Shown here piece by piece: positions 63,490 to 64,000 of a DNA stretch of 64,000 bases (its first letter is position 1; every line of letters begins with the position of its first letter). The position numbers were made by a program, and so were the translations under genes. The notes below the pieces were generated by a model. The model had not been told where the DNA came from, did no database searches, and saw nothing but the letters and a program-made list of their open reading frames with translations. Location of the stretch: positions 30,814,001-30,878,000 of the forward strand of contig JBHGNT010000001.1 of NCBI GenBank assembly GCA_043228905.1, in the 5' to 3' direction. This DNA comes from Azolla caroliniana. Its lineage: Eukaryota > Plantae > Polypodiophyta.

Positions 63490-64000
63490 ATGCAGAATCA
63501 GGCTCAGATAGCTGCACAGAATGCTCATGCTACACAACTTTTGATGAATGGGGCAGCTATCTCTCAAAAGGGCATGGCTTCTCGACGGAAATCTTGGCAC
63601 AGTGATAGTGATTTAAATCTCAGGAGAGAAGTTTTTTCCCACATGTAAGTTTTTCTTTTCTTTTCTCAAGTCTCCTTTATCTTGCGTCCATCAGAGCCCT
63701 CCTTTTTTTTAGCTGAAGTCTTGTAACATTTTATTTTATTTCACCAATTGCTTTAGTGCAAGGCTCATCCAGAAGCACAATCTAGAAAGTAAATTGCCAG
63801 CTTTGGCTCGTGAATTAGAAAGTGCATTATACTCTAGCGCAGACTCAAAGGTATGATTTATGCCATTTGGTAAATGCAACAAAACTTTGACTTGAAGTGT
63901 TATTCACATCTGTTCTCATTCTCGACAGGAAGAGTATGGAAATTTAATAACCCTAGAACGCCGAATATGCACTTTAATGCTGCACTGGAGAAATAGACAA
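63490..64000 (+). CDS. N-terminus (KIX-like domain) of a CBP/p300-type histone acetyltransferase, HAC1/HAC12-like; runs off the window
   Basis: Exons 63490-63644, 63757-63850 and 63929-end. MQNQAQI...WHSDSDLNLRREVFSHI...LPALARELESALYSSADSKEEYGNLITLERRI resembles recalled HAC1 VARRLEEGLFKIANTKEDYVNPSTLEPRL. It could be another plant KIX protein. Confidence 0.65.

Noticed and set aside
1-64000. Functional gene cluster, tRNA or rRNA genes
   Set aside because: The neighbouring genes have unrelated housekeeping or membrane functions with no shared pathway. No tRNA or rRNA signature was recognised.

Overview
Eukaryotic, intron-containing land-plant genomic DNA. It is AT-rich, microsatellite-rich and carries roughly one gene per 7 kb. 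A CEP78-like centriole gene points to a lineage with flagellated sperm, most plausibly a compact-genome fern or other seed-free vascular plant (inference). Nine host genes were assembled by hand from GT-AG exons: (1) an unusual type-I membrane protein with signal peptide, His8, an SP3/SP4 extensin rod, a cadherin-like beta-sandwich, a TM helix and a YRPL tail; (2) an RLCK-V-type receptor-like kinase; (3) a CEP78-like LRR protein; (4) a frameshifted RER1; (5) an EUL lectin; (6) a mitochondrial stomatin-like protein; (7) a CHX antiporter; (8) PIG-P; (9) the 5' end of a HAC1/CBP-like KIX protein. Mobile DNA includes an intact, very young Ty3/gypsy chromovirus (473-bp LTRs differing at one site by eye, 5-bp TSD, single 1467-aa ORF, 1.66-kb repeat- and hairpin-rich leader), older relics of that family, a hAT-like MITE family and decayed copia/gypsy fragments. 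The best candidate for something undescribed is the extensin/cadherin-like surface protein. All homology calls come from recalled family motifs, not database searches.
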